NCBI RefSeq assembly: GCF_006345805.1
Contig: NC_043025.1
Location: 15,004,001 to 15,068,000, forward strand
Direction: 5' to 3'
DNA length: 64,000 nt
Source of the DNA: Octopus sinensis
Lineage: Eukaryota
Numbering within the stretch: position 1 is the first letter of the stretch; each line of letters starts with the position of its first letter. A program made the position numbers and the translations under genes. Shown here piece by piece: positions 1 to 10,547 of the stretch. The notes beneath the pieces are model-generated. The model ran no database searches, was not told the origin of the DNA, and saw nothing but the letters and a program-made list of their open reading frames with translations.

Positions 1-249
1 ACATAAACACTGTTTCATACTGCAATTATATATACATATATCTATATATAATATTATATAATAAAATATATACAGAGTAAAATAAAAACCAATTTACCTT
101 TTCTGTCCATCCGTGTGTCTTTGCAAATGTGTTGGAATGATAAGTGAGTTGGGTTTTGGCGCCTTTTTTACTAATAACAAACACACACGTGTTTGTATGT
201 AGTTGTATGTGTATGTAGTTGTATATGTATGTGTATGCGTGTGTGTGAG

Positions 250-824
250 GAATGACACACACACACACTCACGCACGCACACATGTACATCAATGCTTTC
301 GGAGTGATATGTTAAAATATTGAGTTTTCTCAAATTTTGTCTTAATTGGGGGTGAAATTGAAAAAAATATATTATGGCATGAGCGAATGGAGTACTTTGA
401 AAAATCTTAGGTAAATTCTAATTGAAGAAATTGTGTGAGGAGTAAATGGTTATGTATTTATTTGTTTCTGTTTCATGTGTTTTTATATTTTTTGAGTAGT
501 GGTTTAAATACTTTCAGTTTAATCTTCCTCAAATCACTCTGTCGCTATTTACTTTCATTTTATTCGTTGCACACTGTGTGTGTGCGTTTGCGTGTGGTGT
601 AAACCAGACTAAGAAAAGCATTTGACACACACACCACAATGTGAGTTTTCTGTAAATTTTGCTTAATTGGAGTTTAAATTTTAAAAACAAAACTGGACCT
701 GGCATGATGCGATGCATTCTACTCTTAAAAATGCTAGGTAAATTGTAATTGAAGAAATCCTATATTGTAGATTTCTATAACTCCCAAAGGGAGGCAGATA
801 AAATCTGCCTTTTATAATAAGAGA
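250..824 (-). mobile_element. Non-autonomous Helitron family A, 5' part
   Basis: Minus strand starts TCTCTTATTATAAAAGGCAGATTTTATCTG, as at 53121 and 2667; left boundary approximate, no 3' CTAG seen. Confidence 0.65.
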
Positions 825-1218
825 CTAGCAGTATCGCCCGGCGTTGCTCGGGTTTGTAAGGGAAATAATTATATAAGCATTTTTAGAGATGTAAAGTATA
901 ATAGCCATCTCAATATGGCTAACCACAAAGGGGGAGGGGTGTTACTGTAGCTTTTTACGTTCTGAGATTTAATAATAAATTTTAGAGAGTTACTTCCCTT
1001 ATATATGTAAAAAATGGATTAAAAATAGGAAAAATTGATGGTAATTTTTTTTTTAATCGTAGACTCATCGTAGACGCGTGCTAATACCCAGACGGTCTCG
1101 ATATGAATCACGACTATAAGATACCCGGTTTTGGTTAAACTGCACCGCAAAATGTGGGAGTAGTTAGGAATCTAAATCGTAGGAGACAGACACACAACCT
1201 CACTTTTATATATAAAGA
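825..1218 (-). mobile_element. Non-autonomous Helitron family B, complete
   Basis: Minus strand: A|TCTTTATATATAAAA ... CCCGAGCAACGCCGGG hairpin ... CTAG|T; homologous to 34549, 40555, 54757. Confidence 0.85.
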
Positions 1219-1281
1219 TTTCCTCTATTTACATAATATTGAGGTCTCTTTCTTTCTTTTGTTATCTTACTGTTTTTACCA

Positions 1282-1324
<43 letters not shown>

Positions 1325-1396
1325 TATATATAGTTACAGAGATGTACTTGCATAGCAAGTGACTTGATCTGAGATCGTGTGCTGGAACGAAAACAG

Positions 1397-1655
1397 TTGC
1401 AGCGTTGAAGGTGTTTATAAGCCATTTAAGAAACACACAAAAGCCGTTCGATTCACTTCAACATTTAAATTTAATTTGTCAAAATATTTTCGTCGCTTTG
1501 AGACCGCGGCCTGTTAGCACGATATTTTTGTCAGTGAACAGGTCGCGGTCTGAAAGCGAGGAAAATATTTTGGCAACTTAAATTTAAATGTTGAAGTGAA
1601 TCTAACGGTTTTTGTGTGTTTCTTAAATGGCTTACAAACACCTTCCACGCTGCAA
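1397..1655. repeat. ~125-bp-arm inverted repeat carrying an HHR-like fold
   Basis: ttgcagcgttgaaggtgttt... vs ...aaacaccttccacgctgcaa; HHR-like fold at 1527-1577 (+). Confidence 0.85.
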
Positions 1656-1724
1656 TATATATATACACACATATATATATATGTATGTATGTATGTGTGT
1701 ATATGTGTATGCATGTATGTGTGT

Positions 1725-1950
1725 GTGTGTGCGTGTCTGTGCTTGTGATTGTCCTCCACCACTGCTTGACAACGAATGTTGGTTTGTTTACATCCCTGTC
1801 ATCTAGTGGTTTGACAAAGGAAACAGATAGAATAAGTACAATGCTTACAAAAATAAAACTGGAGTTGATTCATTAAACTACAATTCTTCAAGGCATTGCC
1901 CCAGCATGGCCACAGACCAATGGCTGGAAAAAGCAGAAGAATAAAAGAAT
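1725..1950 (+). mobile_element. SINE family 1, 3' half
   Basis: Diverged match to 7440-7630 (cttgacaac...gatagaataagtac...cagcatggcc). Confidence 0.7.
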
Positions 1951-2014
1951 ACATTCTCTGCTTTGGTCTTATGTTCAAGGCATGAGAAAGCTTGAGTTTA
2001 CATGAGAAGGCCTA

Positions 2015-2250
2015 ACAGACCTGGTAGAAACAGCAGCCAAATCTCCCTCAAATCACACCTTACTGTCTTATGTATGTATATATATATAAGCCAATGAGGG
2101 GGACCTCTACATGGTAGCTAGACCTGGTAGAAATAGCAGCCAACTTTCCCCCAAATCACACCTTACTGTCTTATCTATGTATATATGTATGTATGAGCCT
2201 ATGAGGGAGACCCCACTACGGTTATTTAATGTAAAGTCTTCCTCAAATCA
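2015..2250 (+). repeat. ~105-bp tandemly repeated short element
   Basis: agacctggtagaaa-agcagccaa...caaatcacaccttactgtctt twice plus partial; related copies at 39090-39230. Confidence 0.65.
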
Positions 2251-2667
2251 CTCTCGCTATTTACTCTCTTCCAAGAACATTTTCACTCACTCTTATCTCT
2301 TAGCTTGCCATACATTTTACTCATGTATCTATCAGCGTGATAGACAGAAACGAATATTATATCACCATCGCCATCTACCTGTCAACACACACACAGTGAA
2401 TTACTTTCATTTTATTCGTTGCACACTGTGTGTGTGTGTGTGTGGTGTAAACCACATTAAGAAAAGCATTTGACATACACACCAGAATGTGAGTTTTCTG
2501 TAAATTTTGCTTAATTGGAGTTTAAATTTTAAAAAGTGGACCTGGCATGACCCGATGCATTCTACTCTTAAAAATGCTAGGTAAATTGTAATTGAAGAAA
2601 TCCTATATTGTAGATTTCTATAAGTGACAAAGGGAGGCAGATAAAATCTGCCTTTTATAATAAGAGA
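2237..2667 (-). mobile_element. Helitron family A, 5' part
   Basis: 2400-2667 near-identical to 548-824; TC 5' end at 2667. Confidence 0.7.
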
Positions 2668-2989
2668 TATAGAGAGAGGTACAGGATCATCAAAAAAGTA
2701 GATACTCACAGAGCTAGGTTTCTGGATGTTATCTGTCCTCAGTGTGAGACAACCACAAGGTAGTGATGAAGTCGCGTAAGGCTAGTGATGGGTGCGATGA
2801 CCTCCCTAGCAAATGCTATATGGACACAAACTGTGTGCCAATAGCCAAAGATGTTTTCCTGGGGCTAAAACAACAGTAACATCATCCTGTATAGGACTAC
2901 CACATTCTGTTGCCATATAAACATTACCATATACTATATATGTGTGTGTGTGTGTGTATATATATATATGTGTGTGTGTGTATATATGA

Positions 2990-3140
2990 TGAGCTTTTTT
3001 CAGTTTCCATCTACCAAATTCACTCATAAGCCTTTGGTCAGTGCAAGGATATAGTTGAAGATACCTGCCCAAGGTACCATGCAGTGGGACTGAACTTGGA
3101 ACCATGTGGTTGGGAAGCAAGCCTCTTACCGCACAGCCAT
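2990..3140 (-). mobile_element. SINE family 1, 5' half
   Basis: Reverse-complement match to 7230-7385. Confidence 0.7.
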
Positions 3141-3178
3141 ACTTGTGTCTATACATACACGTACACACACACATATAT

Positions 3179-3232
<54 letters not shown>

Positions 3233-3315
3233 CTATATACACATATATATACATATATATATATATATGTATATACACATATATATACATATATATATGT
3301 ATATATATATATATG

Positions 3316-3367
<52 letters not shown>

Positions 3368-3444
3368 CATACAAACTCGTATGTGAAAGTATACACACAC
3401 ACACTGAAGACTATATATATATACATGCATACATACATACATAT

Positions 3445-3605
3445 AGGGTTTCTTTCAGTTTCCTTAAAATAAATCCTCTCACAAGGCTTTGGTAGGCTCA
3501 CGGCTATATTAGAAGACTCTTGGCCAAGCTGCCATGGAGTCAGACTGAACTCAGAACCTTGTTGTAAGGAAGCAGACTTCTGACCACACAGCCATGCCTG
3601 CACCT
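3445..3605 (-). mobile_element. SINE family 1, 5' half
   Basis: Reverse-complement match to 7228-7385. Confidence 0.7.
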
Positions 3606-3965
3606 CTAACCACCCAGCCGCCAGTATCCTAAATGAGCCCTCCACCCTCGACCAACATGTTTGCTGTCTCTGTTTATAACAAAAAACAAGAGGAGTTTGA
3701 AACCCGAGAAGAAGGTTTCGCTTTCGTTGTTCTTTCCTCGTTCAGTTTGATGGAATTGGGTCAGCAGGAGAAATGCATTGAGAATTCCTTAACGAAACTC
3801 AATTAGATTAATTAGTTCCAAATACGCAACCCAAAATGCAAATGAAATATTCTCTGTGATTGGTTTATGGTTTCAATTCCTACTGGGTTACGACTATACA
3901 TTCACACACATACATACACACATACAATCAGACATACATACATGCATATAAATATGCATACATGC

Positions 3966-4002
<37 letters not shown>

Positions 4003-4011
4003 ATATATATA

Positions 4012-4052
<41 letters not shown>

Positions 4053-4058
<6 letters not shown>

Positions 4059-4184
4059 TATATAGAAGGAGCTTCTACAGGACTAGAACTGTTTCATTCA
4101 AGAGAAATCTTCAGGAAGCTTCCTGAAGATTTCTCTTGAATGAAACAGTTCTAGTCCTGTAGAAGCTCCTTCTATATAATAAAT
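4053..4184. repeat. Perfect 132-bp palindrome with an HHR fold on each strand
   Basis: Exact reverse-complement symmetry about 4118/4119 (GGAAG|CTTCC). Confidence 0.95.
4117..4167 (+). ncRNA. Type I hammerhead ribozyme-like motif
   Basis: AGCTTC-CTGAAGA-tTTCtcttGAAt-GAAA-CAG..CTG-TA-GAAGCT; stem I 6 bp, stem II closed by U-U. Confidence 0.6.
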
Positions 4185-4250
4185 TAATTTTACTCTGCTA
4201 TGTATTGAGTACCTTATTTACTGTGGTTAACCCCGGATCAACCCGGGACC

Positions 4251-4303
<53 letters not shown>

Positions 4304-4486
4304 TATATATATATCATATATATATCATGAATGATGATGATGATGATATATATACTCATACCATCACTTAAAGTAATTCCAGAAATGAATATGATGCATT
4401 TAGTTGTAAAATTATTCATAAAATATTATATATATATATCTATATATATATACACACACACATACATATATATATATACATACATA

Positions 4487-4527
<41 letters not shown>

Positions 4528-4717
4528 TAAGAGAAAGTTTACGAAAATAACAAAAGACGAAGGCAGGTGGAGTACAAACAAACAAATGTATAGTATAGCA
4601 TTCAGGAATAGAAAAAGTCTTTTACATTTCGAGCCTACGCTCTTCGACAGAAAGATACACAGAAAAATAAGGAGAGAAAAAAATGCGTGTAGGAGCTAAC
4701 GATCTATCATGTATGTG

Positions 4718-4801
<84 letters not shown>

Positions 4802-4847
4802 TACATACATATATACATACATATATATATATATATATTTATTTATA

Positions 4848-4894
<47 letters not shown>

Positions 4895-5192
4895 TTATGA
4901 ATAATTTTACAACTAAATGCATCATATTTATTTCTGGAATTATATATATATATATATATATATATAGGGTGTTCTTAAAACTTCTTTAAATGACAATGAA
5001 TGCATTGTTTATTAACTTAGGAACAAGATTAATGGTTAAATGATTAAATGGATAAATTCCTGTTTACAAATGTTCAAACTAAGAACCACCAATTTCCAAA
5101 CCCGTCTGATAATGCGGGCAAATGGATGCAGCAGCATTAGAAATTGTTTCATTTGGAACTGTGAGACATTGTCTCTCAATTTCTTCTCTCAA

Positions 5193-5330
5193 CTCATCAT
5201 CATCATTCATCATTGTTCGACCGTGGTCGAGACAATGGAATTTACTATGCTACACCAGACTTCCCGGTCCATCATAGCATTACGGAGATCCTGTTGCTGG
5301 ATGCCTGTGTCCCTCGAGATTACATCAGGG
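5193..5330 (-). mobile_element. 3' terminal fragment of RTE LINE family 2
   Basis: Matches 7730-7863 including (TGA)n-type tail. Confidence 0.85.
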
Positions 5331-5823
5331 TTATCAACTCATCAAGTGTTGCTGGTTTTTAGTTGTAGCTCCATGAGAGTGAGCTCTGAGGAACACACAA
5401 GAATTCCAGACGACCTCTTTGCTTAATTCATTTGTTTGGAAGCGCCTTACATCACTATGGTTGTGGGGAGGTGCTCCATCTTGCTGAAAGTAAATCTCTT
5501 CATCACAAAACAACTGATTGACATGTGGAATGATGGATTCCTGCTGCAAGTTTAAGTAAGTATCCGCAGCAAAAGTTTGGTCAAAAAGGAATCGCCCTAG
5601 GATGTCCACACCACACTGTAACTCCTGATAAGTTCAAATTGTGTTCCGTAGCAACACTGAGATTTTTAAGAGCCCATTAAGTGCAACGATGCCAGTTAAT
5701 TGAGCCCTTTAATTTAAAGCTGGACTTATCACTCTGGAAGCACTGCATCATCCTTGCATTTTCCCAGGGACCACTCACAAAATTCAACCTTCCCATCAGA
5801 ACTGTCTTTATTTAGAGCTTGGG

Positions 5824-6051
5824 TTAACCCTTTCGTTACCAACCCGGCTGAAACTGGCTCTGGCTCTGAGTACAAATGTCTTGTTTTCATGAGTTTTGAA
5901 TTCAAATCTTCCACCAAACCTTAGTCACAATTTATGTTCCTAACACTAGCTGAATGATAACCAAGTTATTTTACTAAATTCTTTGTTATGTTTAAAGTAA
6001 TTGAAAGAAACACAGAGCATCTCAGCAGAAATACAGTAATGAAAGGGTTAA
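5824..6051. mobile_element. TTAA-flanked (piggyBac-like) MITE
   Basis: TTAA|CCCTTTCGTTAC ... GTAATGAAAGGG|TTAA; same family as 13158 and 13410. Confidence 0.8.
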
Positions 6052-6351
6052 TGCTGGAATCTAACATTTCCCCTAAGCTCCCTTCAAAACGCAACGGGCA
6101 CTTGATTTTGGGATTCCTGTCTCATGAACCATTTGTTGTATAGGTTTCCATGGGGATCAGTGGAAGGGTTTCCAGAAACTGGTTTACCTTTTCTGGGCTG
6201 CTTGATGACTGTGCTCAATCCGAACACCACATTTGATGCAAACTCATCTCAGATGCAAACAATGATCTGCTGCAGCTGTGGATCTTTGTGAAAATGTCTT
6301 TGAAATTGCCTTCTCACTTCCAGGAAGTCTTTGTGCTTCCAGTGGTGCCTT

Positions 6352-6680
6352 ATACTCTTTTACTTGTTTCAGTCATTTGACTTCGGCCATGCTGAGGCAC
6401 CGCCTTTAGTCGAGCAAATCGACCTTGGACTTATTCTTTGTAAGCCCAGTACTTATTCCATCAGTCTCTTTTGCCGAACCGCTAAGTGATGGTGACATAA
6501 ACACACCAGCATCGGTTGTCAAGCAATGCTAGGGGGACAAACACAGACACACAAACACACACACATACACACATATATATATATATACATATATACGACA
6601 GGCTTCTTTCAGTTTCCATCTACCAAATCCACTCACAAGGCATTGGTTGGCCCGGGGCTATAGCAGAAGACACTTGCCTA
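6352..6680 (-). mobile_element. SINE family 1, 5'-truncated
   Basis: Reverse-complement match to 7305-7640. Confidence 0.85.
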
Positions 6681-7227
6681 AAATGCCTTATCGTAGACTT
6701 TCTTTCTTAAAGACGTCACACTTCTGGCATTATTAGGGTCGATTTGATCTGAAGAGGAACGAAAAATTCAATGAATGACAGGGAGTCAAAATGTGAGCAT
6801 ACTTTTTGGGGACACCCTGAATATATTTGTATATAAGTATATGTGTGTTTATATATATATATATAATAATATTAGGGAGTAAATCAAACTTACAGGGAAA
6901 AATTAGATTTAGGATTAAATCTAATTTTATAGTATAAATATATATATTATATTAAATTAGAGATAAAACCACTATTAGGCAAATCAAACAGTGAAAATCA
7001 TAAACCAATACATAGAAATAAAAATAAAATTAATTAATAAAAATATATAAAATATAAAATTCAAAATTTAAAATTTAAAATATTTAAATTAAAGTTAAAA
7101 TTTTAAAAATGATTAAATTAATAATTTATACTTATAAATTTTTAAATATATATATATATATATTTTAATATTATTATTATTATTTGTTATTACTATTATT
7201 ATTATTTTTTTTTCTAATATATATATA

Positions 7228-7650
7228 GGCGCAGGAGTGGCTGTGTGGTAAGTAGCTTGCTAACCGACCACATAGTTCCGGGTTCAGTCCCACTGCGTGG
7301 CATCTTGGGCAAGTGTCTTCTGCTATAGCCCCGGGCCGACCAATGCCTTGTGAGTGGATTTGGTAGACGGAAACTGAAAGAAGTCTGTCGTATATATGTA
7401 TATATATATATGTGTGTGTATGTGTTTGTGTGTCTGTGTTTGTCCCCCTAGCATTGCTTGACAACCGATGCTGGTGTGTTTACGTCCCCGTCACTTAGCG
7501 GTTCGGCAAAAGAGACCGATAGAATAAGTACTGGGCTTACAAAGAATAAGTCCCGGGGTCAATTTGCTCGACTAAAAAAAAGGCAGTGCTACAGCATGGC
7601 CGCAGTCAAATGACTGAAACAAGTAAAAGAGAGAAAGAGTAAAAGAGAGA
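7228..7650 (+). mobile_element. SINE family 1, full length (tRNA-like head, internal microsatellite, GAGTAAAA tail)
   Basis: A-box-like TGGCTGTGTGG, B-box-like GGTTCAGTCC; many dispersed copies in the window. Confidence 0.85.
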
Positions 7651-7728
7651 ATAACTATCAAAAAGTATTAGAAGTTTAATATAAGATAAAGAGTGTATAT
7701 ATACTTATGTATATGTAGATCTACATCA

Positions 7729-8945
7729 CATCATCATCATCATCATTGTTTGACCGTGGTTGAGACAATGGAATTTACCATGCTACGCCAGACTTCACGG
7801 TCCATCATGGCATTACGGAGGTCCTGTTGCTGGATGCCTGTATCCCTGGAGATTACATCAGGGCAGGAGAGTGTGTGCCCTCTGGTATTGCGAGTAGATG
7901 GCTTCCAGAGGAGAAGAGTAGAAATTACCTCTTTTTCAGCTCTACAACAATGTCCAGCAAACTGGACTCTCCTACCTTTCACAAGAGATGACACAGGTGG
8001 TAGTTTCCCATATATTTGCATTTTGGTTGGATGGCGCTTCCACGAGAGATTTTGAGCTCTCATAAGGAGGCGAGTGTAGGTTCCATCCAACCGCCTCTCA
8101 AGCTTCTTTGATAACGTCCAGGCTTCTGAGCCATATAGTAGAATTGGTTCGACTGTGACTTTGAAGATTTCAAGTTTGAAGTCTCTACTTAGATTTGATG
8201 ACCAGATCTTATGCATGTCATTACAGGCTGACCAGGCCATACCCTTTCTAGTTAGAAAGTCTTTTCCAGATGATGATATGTATGACCCAAGATATTTATA
8301 ATCAGAAACCATATTTAAGGGCGCATTGTTGAGAGTATGGATGATGCAATCACTGTTGGACAGGCACTTGTTTATGTATTCAGTTTTGGCCTCATTGAGG
8401 TAAAGACCTACACAATTTGAGGCTTGTTCAAGAGATTGTAAAAGAGACTGGGCATTGGAGAGAGAATCACTGATAAGAGCGATGTCGTCAGCAAAGTCAG
8501 TGTCTGTCAAGTACTCAGCTGGGTGTCTGGAACTTCTTCTTGGTTTTATTTCAAAGCCCTTGCCAGAGATGGTATCAACTGACATACGTAGCACATAATC
8601 AACAACAATGATGAAAAGAAATGGGGCGAGTGTGTCTCCCTGCAGTATTCCGGCTTTGATTGAGAAAGATGATGTTTCTCCGTCAGGGGTTAAGATGGTT
8701 GAAGACGTATCTGTGTAGAGGACCTTGATGGCAGAAATGATTTTGTCTGGTATCCCATAGAGCTTAAGGATTTCAAACATCTTGCACCTATCTACAGAAT
8801 CGAACGCTTTAGAAAAGTCTACAAATACCATTGCAAGATTGCGATTAAATGCTTTTGATTCTTCAATAAGTCTGCATAGGCATAGTATCTGGCTCAGCGT
8901 TGAGCGCCCATGTCTGAATCCATTTTGCTCAAAGACTTCTTGGAG
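7729..8945 (-). mobile_element. 5'-truncated RTE-clade LINE family 2 with ~400-codon uninterrupted RT/C-terminal frame
   Basis: ORF 7743-8978: QNGFR, FVDFSKAFDSV, GILQGDTLAPFLF, FADDIAL, YKYLGS, PILLYGSEAW; (TGA)n tail; N-terminal residues of the listed ORF come from flank. Confidence 0.95.
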
Positions 8946-9528
8946 GAATACATCACATACATATGTATACATATACATATGTATGGCATGGGCAAATGTT
9001 TTCTGTTAGAGCCCTGGGGACAACAAATGCCTTTTAAAGGAGTCACTAAGCAAAAACTGAAGGACGGTCTCTCTGTCTGACTCTTTCTCTGTCTATCCAT
9101 CCATCCATTATCTCACTCTCTCTCTCTCTGTCTCCATCTCCCTCTCTTTCTCCATCCATCTCCTTCCTCCCTCCCTCTCTCTCTATCTCTCTGTCTCTGT
9201 CTGTCTGTCTCTCTATGTCTCTGTCTCTCTCTGTGTTTCTCTCTCCCTCTCAACCTCACCCAGGGGGTCTCTGTGTTCACGACTCCCCCCCCCCACCGAA
9301 TCCCTCTCCCAATATCAGCTGACATCCTGTGTTCACACTGATATCATACAATATCCATATGTTATCACAGCACCCTCTTATAACCTTTACACATTCTCAG
9401 ATATCCTTCTTGCCCTGCCTATCTATTCGCGTTCAACATCTTTCTTTTCTCATTTTGCAGTTTCTTGCTTTTTTCCTTCTGTTTTGGAACCATTTTCTTA
9501 TTTGAAAGAAAGCTTTTTGTCCAGATGC

Positions 9529-9559
<31 letters not shown>

Positions 9560-9689
9560 GGTGTGTGCATATATATGTGTGTGTGTTTTTGTGTGTGTGT
9601 ATTTATATATATATAATAATATGAGGGAATATTATTCCAAACTTACAGTGAAAAATTCAATTTAGTAATACTAAATCAAATTTCACAAA

Positions 9690-9791
<102 letters not shown>

Positions 9792-9924
9792 GGAAAAAAC
9801 CCACCTTTTATCAATTCAATAACAAAAAACTAAATTATAACGTTTAGAAAAATTACATATAGAAAGATATAAGAGAAAACATATAACGATGATTAAGTAA
9901 TGTGCAAAATAATAAATAAAACAA

Positions 9925-10265
9925 CCAACCACATGGTTCCGGGTTCAGTCCCACTGCGTGGCACCTTGGGCAAGTATCTTCTATTATAGCCTCGGGCCGA
10001 CCAATGCCTTGTGAGTGGATTTGGTAGACGGAAACTGAAAGAAGCCTGTCGTATATATGTATATATATATATGTGTGTTTGTGTGTGTGTGTTTGTCCCC
10101 CTAGCATTGCTTGACAACTGATGCTGGTGTGTCTATATCCCCGTCACTTAGCGGTTTGGCAAAAGAGACCGATAGAATAAGTACTGGGCTTACAAAGAAT
10201 AAGTCCCGGGGTCGATTTGCTTGACTAAAGGCAGTGTTCCAGCATGGCCGCAGTCAAATGACTGA
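9925..10265 (+). mobile_element. SINE family 1
   Basis: High identity to 7265-7620. Confidence 0.85.
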
Positions 10266-10547
10266 GAATGATTTCTAATAAAGATTCATCATATTCATAA
10301 AAAACAGCCAGAGCAAGTAATAAGAATATGAAAATAGTAGTTGAAAAATATTGTTATAAAAAATACCATAAACAATTATAGAAAAATGGAGGAGAAAAAA
10401 GATGTTGAATCAGAATTAGAGTTAATACAAAATAGGATTGAATGCATACGTGCATTTCAAAGGACAATAAAAATATGTAAGAAAAAACCATAGTAATTAT
10501 AATTAAATTTATGCATTGTCATTTTCATTAGTGTGAAGAATATTTGT

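Larger units (their letters stand above)
4966..6820 (-). mobile_element. Degenerate Tc1/mariner (maT/DD37D-like) transposon interrupted by three younger insertions
   Basis: Imperfect TIRs agggtgttcttaaaa / ttttggggacaccctg; transposase remnant YFQQDGAPPH in ORF 5334-5609; nested RTE tail, TTAA MITE and SINE. Confidence 0.75.

Noticed and set aside
2806-4904. Many ORFs rich in YI/HT/CV dipeptides, here and throughout the window
   Set aside because: Translations of (TA)n/(CA)n microsatellites, not genes
6749-6780. CTGAAGA...GAAA as a hammerhead
   Set aside because: Only 5 nt between the core parts, no stem I, and it lies in a DNA transposon end
7228-7310. tRNA gene, also considered at 17975 and 19310
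   Set aside because: Only degenerate A/B boxes continuous with SINE bodies; no full cloverleaf
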